A stretch of 53,643 nucleotides of DNA. Source: Myxococcales bacterium. Lineage in GTDB: Bacteria > Myxococcota > Myxococcia > Myxococcales > Anaeromyxobacteraceae. The stretch covers positions 1-53,643 of the forward strand of contig JBBQEB010000006.1 of NCBI GenBank assembly GCA_038320275.1. The letters are read 5' to 3'. Under the pieces are notes generated by a model, which ran no database searches, was not told where the DNA came from, and was given only the letters and a program-made list of their open reading frames with translations. Made by a program: the position numbers and the translations under genes. This document shows, in pieces, positions 39,772 through 49,203 of the stretch (position 1 is the stretch's first letter; every line of letters begins with the position of its first letter).

Positions 39772-40302
39772 CTACTTCGCCGTCGCGCTGGCCTCCAGCT
39801 TGTCGAGCGCCATGGAGTCGGCGAGCGCGTACAGGAGCTTGGCGTCGTCCGTGTTGCTGCCGCTGATCTCGACCATGAACCGGCTCGCGACGGGGATGGA
39901 GAGCTTGCAGGACTTGGAGGTTCCGGTCGACGTCTCCTCGGAGCCCTTGTGCTTCTGCACCGTCACCGTCCTGGTGCGGCTCGTGTCCGTCTCGCTCTCC
40001 TGGCTGCCCATGGCCATCATGGCGAGGCCGCCCATCATCGGCATGCCCACCATGTCGGTGATCTTGGCGGTCAACGTGACGTGATCGCTGCTCGAAGGCG
40101 GTCGCGCGTATCGGACGGACGCTTCCGATATCGCCATGCCCATGGTCTTCTGGGTCGAGCCGGTCGGCTTCTGCCGGGTGAAGCCGGCGAGCTGGGCGCT
40201 GGGCAGCATTTGCTCCAGCGTCTTGAAGTGAATCGCTTCCTGCTGCGCGCTAGCCGTCGTGAACGCGAGCGCCAGAGGAACTGCCAGGATGAAGCGCTTC
40301 AT
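39772..40302 (-). CDS. Secreted hypothetical protein
   Basis: ATG 40302 after AAAGG; signal peptide ending ASA; good codon use. Confidence 0.75.
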   Translation of the reverse strand: MKRFILAVPLALAFTTASAQQEAIHFKTLEQMLPSAQLAGFTRQKPTGSTQKTMGMAISEASVRYARPPSSSDHVTLTAKITDMVGMPMMGGLAMMAMGSQESETDTSRTRTVTVQKHKGSEETSTGTSKSCKLSIPVASRFMVEISGSNTDDAKLLYALADSMALDKLEASATAK

Positions 40303-40542
40303 GGTCGCCTTTCGTGAGCCTCGCACCGCAGGGTGCGCGTGGTCGCGCGAGGGGCGCTCGCCGCCGAGCGTCCGCCGGTGCGGCCGTCCACATGGAACTT
40401 TCCGGGGGCGGCAACAGAAGCACGCGCCCGATGGGTGCTGGGCCGCTGGTTCACACCTGGCGAAGGGAAGGCGAACTGTACCAGCGAGCGGCCGGGCGGG
40501 CGCCGCGCGTCCGAGCGGCCGCGCCGGAGCAAGGGCCCTTCG

Positions 40543-42606
40543 TCACCGCCCCAGCCCCTTCAGCACGTCGCCGATCCCCTTCTTCGCCTCCTCCTGCACC
40601 CGCTTCGTCGCGTCGCCTTTCATCTCCTCGGCCTTCTTCCGGGCGCCACCGGTGAGCTCGTCCACCTTGGCCCTGGCGACCCCGAACACGAGGTTCGTGA
40701 CCGCGCCCTGAGCGTCCACGTTCACCGAAGGTTGGAAGAGCGTCCCACCCAGGCCGAGGGGTACCTGAAGCCCGTTCTTCAGCGGGATCCCCATCCGTCC
40801 GGCGATGCCGCTCAGCGCCTCCTTGGAGAGGGTGGCCGTGCCCTGCAGCCCCAGCTCGCCGCCGAGCCCGATCTTCCCGCCGAGCTGCGCCGCGCCGAAG
40901 GGGGCCGCGAAGGCGAGCGGCCGCGCGAGCGCCATGGCACCGTCCTTGACGGTGAACTGCGCCGAGAGGTCCCGCAGCGCGGTCTTTCCACCCACGCCGC
41001 CCACCTTGTCCGCGGCGCCGCCCTTGCCCGCCGCGCGCAGCCCTTGCGAGACGGCACCCAGCACCTTCGCGCCCAGGTCGGTGGTGGTGAGCGCGCCGTC
41101 CTTCAGAGCCAGAGCCCCGTGCCCGGTGAGCGCGTTCTCGAGGCTGGCCCATTCCACCCCCTCGCCGTCGAGCGCCAGCGTCCCGCTCGTCTTGCCGACG
41201 AGCGGCGCGGAGCCCGCCAGCGAGGTGAGGGCCTGTCCCAGGTCGACACCTTCGAGCTTGGTCGCGAGGCTCCAGCGCGGCAGGGCCTCGCCCAGGTCCA
41301 CCTTGGTCCCCGAGGCGTCGATGCGGCCTCCGAACGCATCGGCGCGAGCCTCATGCAGCACGAAGACGCCCTTCTCCAGCACGGCGCGGGCCTTGAAAGC
41401 GGTGGCGACCAGCCCGCCCTTCACCACCTTGGCGATGTCGAGCGTGCCGGCGACGTCGAGCGCCTCGAGGCTCTTCCGCTGCGCGGGCGTGAGCACCTCG
41501 CCGCCCGCGGGCTTCTTCGCCTTGGGAGCGTCGGGCATCGCGCCCAGCACCTCGCCCAGGTCGAGGAGCGGCCCACCCAGCGCGAAGCGGACGCGCTGCG
41601 GCTTCAGATCGACGGTGACGCTGCCTCCGAGGTCCACCCCAGGGCCCTTCACGGAGAGCTTCTCCAGCGCCGCTCGCCCGGCGTTCGTGGCGGGATCGAC
41701 GAGCGCGTGCACCTGGAAGCTCGCCTCCGCGGGCTGCCCGCGCATGCGAAGCTGCGAGACCTTTCCCGTGCCGTCGACGGCGTACTTCCCGGCCTGGGTG
41801 GCGAGCTTCATGGCGGAGTCGACGCGCCCTCCCGTCATCATCCCGGTGAAGCTCGGCGGCAGGAACGCCCGCAGCTTGCCGAGGTCGAGGCCTTTCAAGG
41901 CGAGGTCGCCCGCAACCTCCGGCCACTCGCCCGGGCCGAGGCCCGCCACCGAGGCCGGGAGCTTTGCCACCTTCACCGTCGCCTCGAAGTTCTTGGCGTC
42001 GCCGGCCAGCGCCGCGGAGAGCTTGGCGGACAGCGGCTGGCCCACCCCCACGTGCTCGGCGTCGAGATCGATCTTCGACACCGCCACCTGCGCGCCAGCG
42101 CCGGCGAGGGCGTCGTGCAGCGCGACCGAGCCGTCCCTGAGGATGAAGTGGTCCACCACCACCTCGGTCTGCGACGGCGCCGACTTCTGCTTCGCCGGCC
42201 CGGCCGCGCCCACGCCCTCGTAGTTCCAGGTGCCGTCCTTCGAGCGGACGAGGTTCACCACCGGGCGGTCGATGCGGATGCCAGCGATCTCGACGTCCTT
42301 CCCGAAGGAGGCGATGAGCGGCCAGAGGCGCAGGTCGATCTGGAGCTCGTCGAACGAGACCATCGCCGGCTCGCCCGGGCGTCCGGCAATGGAGGCGCCC
42401 GTGAGCGAGACGTGCGCGTGCGGGAACAGGCGCAGGGCCGCCCCCTGCACGGTGAGCTCGCGCCCGAGCGCGGCGGAGGCGCGAGGCACCACCAGGTTCT
42501 TCACCCTCTCGGCGGCCGCGCCCGACTGCAGCACCAGGATGAGCGCGCCGACGAGGAGGACGAGCGCGGCCACCACTCCGAGGACGACCTTGACCAGGGT
42601 TCGCAT
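40543..42606 (-). CDS. AsmA family protein
   Basis: N-terminal TM anchor; ALGRELTV, LRLWPL, IDRPVVNLVRSKDGTWN; long beta-rich body. Confidence 0.85.
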   Translation of the reverse strand: MRTLVKVVLGVVAALVLLVGALILVLQSGAAAERVKNLVVPRASAALGRELTVQGAALRLFPHAHVSLTGASIAGRPGEPAMVSFDELQIDLRLWPLIASFGKDVEIAGIRIDRPVVNLVRSKDGTWNYEGVGAAGPAKQKSAPSQTEVVVDHFILRDGSVALHDALAGAGAQVAVSKIDLDAEHVGVGQPLSAKLSAALAGDAKNFEATVKVAKLPASVAGLGPGEWPEVAGDLALKGLDLGKLRAFLPPSFTGMMTGGRVDSAMKLATQAGKYAVDGTGKVSQLRMRGQPAEASFQVHALVDPATNAGRAALEKLSVKGPGVDLGGSVTVDLKPQRVRFALGGPLLDLGEVLGAMPDAPKAKKPAGGEVLTPAQRKSLEALDVAGTLDIAKVVKGGLVATAFKARAVLEKGVFVLHEARADAFGGRIDASGTKVDLGEALPRWSLATKLEGVDLGQALTSLAGSAPLVGKTSGTLALDGEGVEWASLENALTGHGALALKDGALTTTDLGAKVLGAVSQGLRAAGKGGAADKVGGVGGKTALRDLSAQFTVKDGAMALARPLAFAAPFGAAQLGGKIGLGGELGLQGTATLSKEALSGIAGRMGIPLKNGLQVPLGLGGTLFQPSVNVDAQGAVTNLVFGVARAKVDELTGGARKKAEEMKGDATKRVQEEAKKGIGDVLKGLGR

Positions 42607-42615
42607 GGGGCCCCG

Positions 42616-42945
42616 CTATAACGTCCGGATGCCGAAGAAGGTCGAGACGAGGAAGGAGAGGAAGGTGAGCGCGAGGGCCAGGAGGATCGAGCGGAGGAGC
42701 CCGAGCCGGTAGGACGCCGCCACCACGACGGACCAGACGAGCAGGTAGAGCAAGAGCGGCAGGAGCAGGAACCAGAGGAAGCGCGCCAGCGTCAGGTACC
42801 AGGCCACGGACAGCACGAGCGACACCACCGCCGCGCGGGAGAGGGTGTTGCGGGGATTGCGCGGGGAGACCCACGCCACCCCCAGCAGGAGGACGAGCGT
42901 GGAGGCTCCCAGTCTGACCAGGAAGGCGCCGAGGTGCGCGAGCAT
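42616..42945 (-). CDS. Small integral membrane protein (~4 TM)
   Basis: ATG 42945; almost entirely hydrophobic; 9 bp upstream of asmA. Confidence 0.8.
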   Translation of the reverse strand: MLAHLGAFLVRLGASTLVLLLGVAWVSPRNPRNTLSRAAVVSLVLSVAWYLTLARFLWFLLLPLLLYLLVWSVVVAASYRLGLLRSILLALALTFLSFLVSTFFGIRTL

Positions 42946-42967
42946 GCTCCAATCTATAGATGGTCGC
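42946..42967. promoter_or_regulatory. Putative bidirectional -10 element between two divergent genes
   Basis: 22-bp spacer containing the perfect palindrome ATCTATAGAT (42952-42961), 6 nt from each start codon. Confidence 0.55.
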
Positions 42968-44131
42968 GTGCCCCAGCCCATCGACATCGGCCCCATCCCC
43001 GAAGGACCCCTCCCGCCCGTCACGGAGGAGCTCCTCCGCGCGCTCCCCAAGACCGACCTGCACTGCCACCTCGACGGCTCGCTGAGGCTGGAGACCATCC
43101 TCGACCTCGCCGCCCGGCAGGGCGTGGCCCTCCCGGCGGACACCACCGACGGGCTGGCGCGCGCCATCCACCAGGGAGAGGACTGCGAGGATCTCGAGGA
43201 TTACCTCACCGCCTTCGACGTCACGCTGGCGGTGCTGCAGACCGAGGAGGCGCTGTACCGGGCGGCGTACGAGCTCGCCATCGACTGCGCGGCGGAGAAC
43301 GTGCGCTACCTCGAGGTGCGCTATTCGCCGGTGCTGCATACGCGCAAGGGGCTCAAGCCCACCACCATCGTCGACGCCGTGCTGGAGGGGCTGCGCGCCG
43401 CCAAGCACGAGACGCGCATCAAGTCGCACGTGATCATCTGCGGAATCCGCAACATCGATCCGGTGACCTCGCTCCGCCTGGCCGAGCTCGCGGTGGCCTA
43501 CAAGAACCGCGGTGTGGTGGGCTACGACCTCGCCGGCGCGGAGGAGGGCTATCCCTCCAGGGACCACCAGGCGGCCTTCCAGCTCATCCTCGACAACAAC
43601 GTGAACGTCACCATCCACGCGGGCGAGGCCTTCGGCCCCGAGTCCATCGCGCAGGCGGTGCACTACTGCGGCGCACACCGCATCGGGCACGGGGTCCGGC
43701 TGCGGGAGAACGGCGACCTGCTCAACTACATCAACGACCACCGCATTCCGCTCGAGATGTGCCCGTCCTCCAACGTCCAGACGCGCTCGGTGGCCGACAT
43801 GAAGAGCCACCCACTCAAGTTCTACTTCGACTTCGGCCTCCGGGTGACGGTGAACACCGACAACCGGCTCATCACCGACACCACCTCCACCAAGGAGCTC
43901 TGGGTCGCGCACCGCGAGATGGGCTTCACGCTGGAGGACCTCGTGACCCTGGTGGTGCAGGGCTTCAAGAGCGCGTTCCTCCCCTTCCGGGAGAAGTCGG
44001 ACGTGCTGAAGCGGGTGAATCGCGAGATCGCCGAGACGCTCACGCGCTTCGCGGCGGGCGAGGGCGGCCGGCCGGCTTCCGGCGACCCGCAGGCGCAGCC
44101 TACCGAGCGCGCTACGGCCGCTCGGCCGTGA
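42968..44131 (+). CDS. add: Adenosine deaminase
   Basis: LPKTDLHCHLDGS, DLAGAE, TIHAGE, RIGHG, CPSSN, VNTDN. Confidence 0.93.
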   Translation: MPQPIDIGPIPEGPLPPVTEELLRALPKTDLHCHLDGSLRLETILDLAARQGVALPADTTDGLARAIHQGEDCEDLEDYLTAFDVTLAVLQTEEALYRAAYELAIDCAAENVRYLEVRYSPVLHTRKGLKPTTIVDAVLEGLRAAKHETRIKSHVIICGIRNIDPVTSLRLAELAVAYKNRGVVGYDLAGAEEGYPSRDHQAAFQLILDNNVNVTIHAGEAFGPESIAQAVHYCGAHRIGHGVRLRENGDLLNYINDHRIPLEMCPSSNVQTRSVADMKSHPLKFYFDFGLRVTVNTDNRLITDTTSTKELWVAHREMGFTLEDLVTLVVQGFKSAFLPFREKSDVLKRVNREIAETLTRFAAGEGGRPASGDPQAQPTERATAARP

Positions 44132-45062
44132 CCACCATGTTGTCGCCCAGGTTCACCGGGACGGGCAGGCGCGCCGGGACGAGCCAGCGCAGGGCGTTCG
44201 CCGCCGGGGAGAGCGCCGGGAAGCTCGCGGCCGCCTTGCGGAGCAGGTAGTCGGCGGAGACGGTGTGCGTGTAGGTCCCGCGCGCCAGCACCCGGAATCC
44301 GACCCTCTCCAGCATGCGCGGCAGCGTGCGCCGGTCGAAGTAGACGAGGTGCATGTCCATGAGCCACGGCCAGCGCGGCCCGAGGAGCCGCGCGACGAGG
44401 CTCCGCGCGTCGATGGTGGATACGTGGAGGCGGCCGCCGGGGCGCAGCAGCTCGAAGGCGTGCCGCAGCTCCTCGCGAGGATCGGGGAGGTGCTCCACCA
44501 CGTCCCACAGCGTGAGCACGTCGTAGCGCGCGCCCGAGCGCGCCCGCTCGGCGAGGGTCTCGTTCCTGACCGGGAGGCCCCGCGAGCGCGCGTGCCCCAC
44601 CGCCCAGCGCGAGAGCTCGATCCCTTCCGCCGCGAAGCCCGCCTCGCGTGCCACCTCGACGAAGAGGCCGCAGTACGCACCCACGTCGAGCAGCCGGCGC
44701 CCGCGGGCCGGGCCCAGGAGTCGCAGCGCCTTGCGAAAGGTGAGGTAGCGGTTTTCCCCCTCGGCGAGGTAGAGCGGGTCCTCCACCGCGCCATACGCGT
44801 CGAGCAACGCCGCCGCGTCCGGCAAGGGCCACTGCACGAGGAGACCGCAACCGTCGCACGCCCAGATGGGCCGGTGCGTCCGGTGGCCGAAGCTGGTGCA
44901 GCGGTAGGCGCCGGCGCCCACCGCATCCTCGGGCGCGCCGCGCGAGGGGAACCTCAGCGTGAAGGACTCCCGTGCGCAGAGGGCGCAGCGAACCGGCCGC
45001 GGCTCGGGGCCGCGCTCCAGCGAGGGTTCGCCCAGCGCGCGCGCAGGAGATCGGGTGTTCAC
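44112..45062 (-). CDS. Class I SAM-dependent methyltransferase with N-terminal Cys (zinc-ribbon-like) motifs
   Basis: CALC..CDGC; LLDVGAYCG; YDVLTLWDVVEHLPDP; LRPGG; start uncertain. Confidence 0.88.
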   Translation of the reverse strand: MNTRSPARALGEPSLERGPEPRPVRCALCARESFTLRFPSRGAPEDAVGAGAYRCTSFGHRTHRPIWACDGCGLLVQWPLPDAAALLDAYGAVEDPLYLAEGENRYLTFRKALRLLGPARGRRLLDVGAYCGLFVEVAREAGFAAEGIELSRWAVGHARSRGLPVRNETLAERARSGARYDVLTLWDVVEHLPDPREELRHAFELLRPGGRLHVSTIDARSLVARLLGPRWPWLMDMHLVYFDRRTLPRMLERVGFRVLARGTYTHTVSADYLLRKAAASFPALSPAANALRWLVPARLPVPVNLGDNMVVTAERP

Positions 45063-45175
45063 GGCGGCGCAGCTTATATCCCCGCCACGGAAACGTGACA
45101 AAGAACCGCTGCCCGTGGGTTGCCCCGTCCCCCGCGCCGGCCTAGCATCGAGCCTCACTCGAGGAGCCCGAACCG

Positions 45176-46411
45176 ATGGCGAAATTCCTGGCCATGATCC
45201 TCGCCGGCGGTGAAGGCCGGCGGCTCGATCCCCTGACGCGCGACCGGGCCAAGCCCGCCGTGCCGTTCGGCGGCCGTTACCGCATCATCGACTTCGTCCT
45301 CTCCAACTTCGCCAACTCCGGCCTCCTCCGGATGAAGGTGCTGGTCCAGTACAAGTCGGAGTCGCTCAACACGCACGTGCAGCGCGGATGGCGGCTCACC
45401 GCGCTCCTCGACCAGTACGTGGAGATCGTGCCTGCGCAGATGCGCGTGGGGCCGAAGTGGTTCGAGGGCTCAGCGGACGCCATCTACCAGAACCTCAACA
45501 TCATCACCGACGAGGAGCCGGAGCACACCTTCGTCTTCGGAGCCGATCACGTCTACCGCATGGACGTCCGGCAGATGTTCGACTTCCACCAGCAGAAGAA
45601 CGCCGACTTCACCGTCGCCGCGATTCCCATCCCGGTGGAGGAGGCCGACCAGTTCGGCATCATCGAGGTCGACCGCGACGGCCGGATGATCGGCTTCGAC
45701 GAGAAGCCAAAGAGCGGGGCGAAGACCATGCCCGGCGACCCCACCCGGTGCCTCGCGTCGATGGGGAACTACCTCTTCAAGACCGACGTGCTGGTGCAGG
45801 AGATCGTGCGCGACGCCGCCGACCCCGAGAGCGCGCACGACTTCGGCAAGTCCATCGTCTCGAAGATGTACCCGCGCAAGCGCGTGTACGTGTACGACTT
45901 CGCGACCAACGTGGTGCCCGGGCAGACCGAGCGCGAGCGCGGCTACTGGCGCGACGTGGGGAACCTCGAGGCGTACTACCAGTCCAATATGGACCTGGTC
46001 GCCGTCGACCCCATCTTCTCGCTCTACAACGACGCCTGGCCCATCTTCACGGTCCAGTACAACCTCCCGCCGGTGAAGTTCGTGTTCGCCAACGAGCGGG
46101 AGGGCCGGCTCGGCCGCGCCACAGACTCGCTGGTGTCGGAGGGCTGCATCATCTCCGGCGGCCGGGTCGACCGCTGCATCCTCTCCCCCAAGGTGCGCAT
46201 CAACAGCTACGCACAGGTGGAGGGCTCGATCCTCTTCGAGGACGTGAAGATCGGCCGCCACTGCCGCATCCGGAACGCCATCATCGACAAGCACGTCGAG
46301 ATTCCGGCCGGCACCTCCATCGGCTTCGACCTGGAGGAGGACCGCAAGCGCTTCCACGTCACCGAGAGCGGGATCGTGGTCATCCCGAAGGGCATGCGGC
46401 TCGACGTCTGA
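45176..46411 (+). CDS. glgC: Glucose-1-phosphate adenylyltransferase
   Basis: [55 protein letters not shown]. Confidence 0.97.
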   Translation: MAKFLAMILAGGEGRRLDPLTRDRAKPAVPFGGRYRIIDFVLSNFANSGLLRMKVLVQYKSESLNTHVQRGWRLTALLDQYVEIVPAQMRVGPKWFEGSADAIYQNLNIITDEEPEHTFVFGADHVYRMDVRQMFDFHQQKNADFTVAAIPIPVEEADQFGIIEVDRDGRMIGFDEKPKSGAKTMPGDPTRCLASMGNYLFKTDVLVQEIVRDAADPESAHDFGKSIVSKMYPRKRVYVYDFATNVVPGQTERERGYWRDVGNLEAYYQSNMDLVAVDPIFSLYNDAWPIFTVQYNLPPVKFVFANEREGRLGRATDSLVSEGCIISGGRVDRCILSPKVRINSYAQVEGSILFEDVKIGRHCRIRNAIIDKHVEIPAGTSIGFDLEEDRKRFHVTESGIVVIPKGMRLDV

Positions 46412-46428
46412 CGGAGCGCCTCACCGCT

Positions 46429-49086
46429 TCAGAGTCTCCACCAGTACGACCATTTGACGAGGGCCGTGTCCGTGGTCGGTCCCGCCCCGAGCGCCGCTGG
46501 GCGCAGCGAGGAGGCGGGCCCAGCCGCGAGCGGCGCATCGGCCTGGGACCGGCTGTAGACGGCGTAGAGCACCGAGCCCAGCCTGTACTCCCAGCGCAGC
46601 ACCACGTTCACGGCGAGCGCGACCTCGTGGAAGTCGGGATCCGAGGCGGGCCGTCCCGCGACGGGCACCAGCGAGCGCGGGGTGATGGGCTCGCCGGTGG
46701 AGCTGGCGGTCCAGAACGGGCCGTAGTGGCCGTAGTCGGCAAAGAGCTGCGCGTACGCCTGGAGGGTGAGCCTGGGCGCGAGCACGACCAGCTGGCGCAG
46801 CGTGAGGGAGAGGGACGGCGCGTGGAGCCGGGCGAAGGTGAGCTGGCCCTCGCCGTCGTCGTCCACGTACTTCACGGCGTAGACGCTCCGGTCGTGCGAG
46901 AGCCCGAGCTGCGTCTCCAGGCGCGGGTGAGGGCGGAGCGTGACGGTCGCCTGCGCTCCACCCGACCACACCGGCAGGAGCGGCCCCCAGCTCATGTTGC
47001 GCGAGACGCTGGCCGAGGTGTCGAGAGCCACCGCCCTCGAGGTGTCGGTGGTCGCCCAGCAGTCGCTCGCGACCCAGCCGGCGCGGACCAGGGGCACGCC
47101 TGCGGGTGGGGCCGCGCCCGCGGGCAGGAGCGACGCGCGCGAGATCTCGCGCACGTCGTAGCGCGGGTCCTCGAAGCCGGCCTCGCACCCGAAGGCGAGG
47201 TAGGGATCGCGAAGGAGAGCGTCGCCCCCCAGGTACACCGCGTTCCCCCGGTTGAGGTCCCGGCCGTCGGTCGTCCACTGAGTGCGGCCCATGGCGTAGA
47301 AGCCGTAGTTGTGAAAGGGCCCGCCGCCGCTCGGGCGCACCCACTTCAGCATCACGCGCGCAAGCCGCTCGTTCTGCGTCTTCTGATACCCCGACGCGTT
47401 CAGGTCGAGCTGCGGCGACTCCTCCTCGTAATGCACGTCGAAGCGGAACGGCTCGCCGCCGAAGAGCCCCGCTGTCGCGTAGCCTCCCCACCCCACGTCG
47501 CCTGCGCGGAGCACCGTCCCGTCCGCCAGAACCCGCTGCGGCGGCCCGCCAAGTGCCTGCGACGCCGCGAGCTGGCCGTACGCGCCCCAGCGAGCATCGC
47601 CCGAGCGCAGGGCGAGGTCGAGCGCCGCCGCGTTGCCGCTCCTGACGTCGCAGCGCCGCGGCCGGATCGACGAGGCGGGGGCGCCCGGGTCGAAGCTGTC
47701 CGGGAGCCCGCCCTCTGCGTCGCCGCAAGCAGGCCCGAACGGCGCCGCCGAGGTGGCGGTGGCGCCCAGCGTCGCGGCCGGGGAGGGCGCCCAGCGCACC
47801 ACGCCCGCGAAGAAGTTCTGAGGCGCGGGCGCCTGCATCGGAGCCGCGTCGCCCGGCGCGAGGTGGAGGGGCTGGGCCAGGCGGAGCCGGAGGCGGCGAT
47901 CCGGGCTCGCCTCGGTGGCATCCGCCGGAAGCCCGGACCCCGCCACGAAGGCGTCGAGGACGCCCACCTGCACCGTGTCCCCGGAGCGCCCCGTGAGCTT
48001 CGCCGCGCCCAGGATAGGCGTCTCGAGCCCCACGCGCCGCGAATAGAAGAGCTGCTGCGGGACGCGCTCGCGCCCGGCGCCCACGGGCTGGAAGAGGTCG
48101 AGCCCCTGCTGGAAGAAGGGCCGCTTCTCGGGGCGGAACACCTCGAAGGTGGAGAGGTTCAGGATGATCTGGTCCGCCTCCACCTGCCCGAAGTCCGGGT
48201 TGACGGCTGCGACCAGGCCGAAGGACGATCCGAGCCTCGCTTTCAGGTCGAGCCCCAGGTCGAGGACCGGATCGAGGAGGCGCGGCCGGGCCCGCGCCGC
48301 ATCCGAGAACTGGGGCCGGAGGGCGAGGCGGCTCGCCAGGTAGGGCGCCACCTCGAGATCGCGGCGAGGGCGCAGGCCCACGAGCCCGCCCAGCGTCCCC
48401 AGGCGCGACGCCACGCCGCGCGCGTTGCGCGGGATGAGCACCGTCGCGTCCACCTCGTGGTCGCGGCCGAGCTCGCGGCGGACGAGGAAGCCCCAGCGCG
48501 CCTCGGCCGAAGGCGCGAAGCGGAAGAGCGCCAGCGGCAGGACCAGCTCCGCCGACCAGCCACCCGGGACCTCTGCCACCCGAGCGTCCCACACGCCGTC
48601 CCAGTCGGAGGTGAACTGGTCGTCATCATAGAAGAGCCCGTCCGCCTGCACCCCAGCGGCGGTGACGGTGAAGCTGAGCGCGGTGCGGCGGTCGCCGTCC
48701 GCGTCGACGATGATCTGCACGTTGTCGGAGGGGGGAGGGCTGTCGCGTCGCCCGAGGGAGAGCACGCGCTGCTCCGGACGGCGGTCCTCGCACAGCACGC
48801 CCACGTAGAGATTCGCTTCGTCGTAGAGCACCCGCACCTCGGTGCGCTCCCCAGGGGCGGCGCCCTCGGACGGGAAGAGCTGGACGAAGCGGTCGAAGGG
48901 CGTCGCAGCCGCCCAGCCCGGCTCGTCGAGCTTGCCGTCGAGGTGGAACACGCCCGCGAGCCGCGCCGCGCGCACCATGTCCGGAGGATCGCCCGCGGCG
49001 GGGGCGGAGGGCAGGGGCGGGGCCGCGCGCGCCCCCCATCCGGCGGGCAGCGCGAGAACGAGGGCGAAGGCGAGGAGGGTGCGCAT
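46429..49086 (-). CDS. DUF5916 family outer-membrane protein with N-terminal CBM9-like domain
   Basis: LDGKLDEPGW, TEVRVLYD, WSAELVLP, VNPDFGQVEAD, EKRPFF, RWEYRLGS, C-terminal KWSYWW. Confidence 0.85.
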   Translation of the reverse strand: MRTLLAFALVLALPAGWGARAAPPLPSAPAAGDPPDMVRAARLAGVFHLDGKLDEPGWAAATPFDRFVQLFPSEGAAPGERTEVRVLYDEANLYVGVLCEDRRPEQRVLSLGRRDSPPPSDNVQIIVDADGDRRTALSFTVTAAGVQADGLFYDDDQFTSDWDGVWDARVAEVPGGWSAELVLPLALFRFAPSAEARWGFLVRRELGRDHEVDATVLIPRNARGVASRLGTLGGLVGLRPRRDLEVAPYLASRLALRPQFSDAARARPRLLDPVLDLGLDLKARLGSSFGLVAAVNPDFGQVEADQIILNLSTFEVFRPEKRPFFQQGLDLFQPVGAGRERVPQQLFYSRRVGLETPILGAAKLTGRSGDTVQVGVLDAFVAGSGLPADATEASPDRRLRLRLAQPLHLAPGDAAPMQAPAPQNFFAGVVRWAPSPAATLGATATSAAPFGPACGDAEGGLPDSFDPGAPASSIRPRRCDVRSGNAAALDLALRSGDARWGAYGQLAASQALGGPPQRVLADGTVLRAGDVGWGGYATAGLFGGEPFRFDVHYEEESPQLDLNASGYQKTQNERLARVMLKWVRPSGGGPFHNYGFYAMGRTQWTTDGRDLNRGNAVYLGGDALLRDPYLAFGCEAGFEDPRYDVREISRASLLPAGAAPPAGVPLVRAGWVASDCWATTDTSRAVALDTSASVSRNMSWGPLLPVWSGGAQATVTLRPHPRLETQLGLSHDRSVYAVKYVDDDGEGQLTFARLHAPSLSLTLRQLVVLAPRLTLQAYAQLFADYGHYGPFWTASSTGEPITPRSLVPVAGRPASDPDFHEVALAVNVVLRWEYRLGSVLYAVYSRSQADAPLAAGPASSLRPAALGAGPTTDTALVKWSYWWRL

Positions 49087-49203
49087 GGGGCTCGGGCGGA
49101 GAGCTTACGCAGGCGCGCCCGGGTTGTTTCCCTTCTCGAGGCGTCCTGGAAAGTCTCACGGATCCGGTCGACGGTCCGAGGCGCGCCTCCTTATATCGCG
49201 CGC

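Noticed and set aside
44112..44131. 20-bp convergent overlap of add and the methyltransferase
   Set aside because: Ordinary short 3' overlap in a compact high-GC genome
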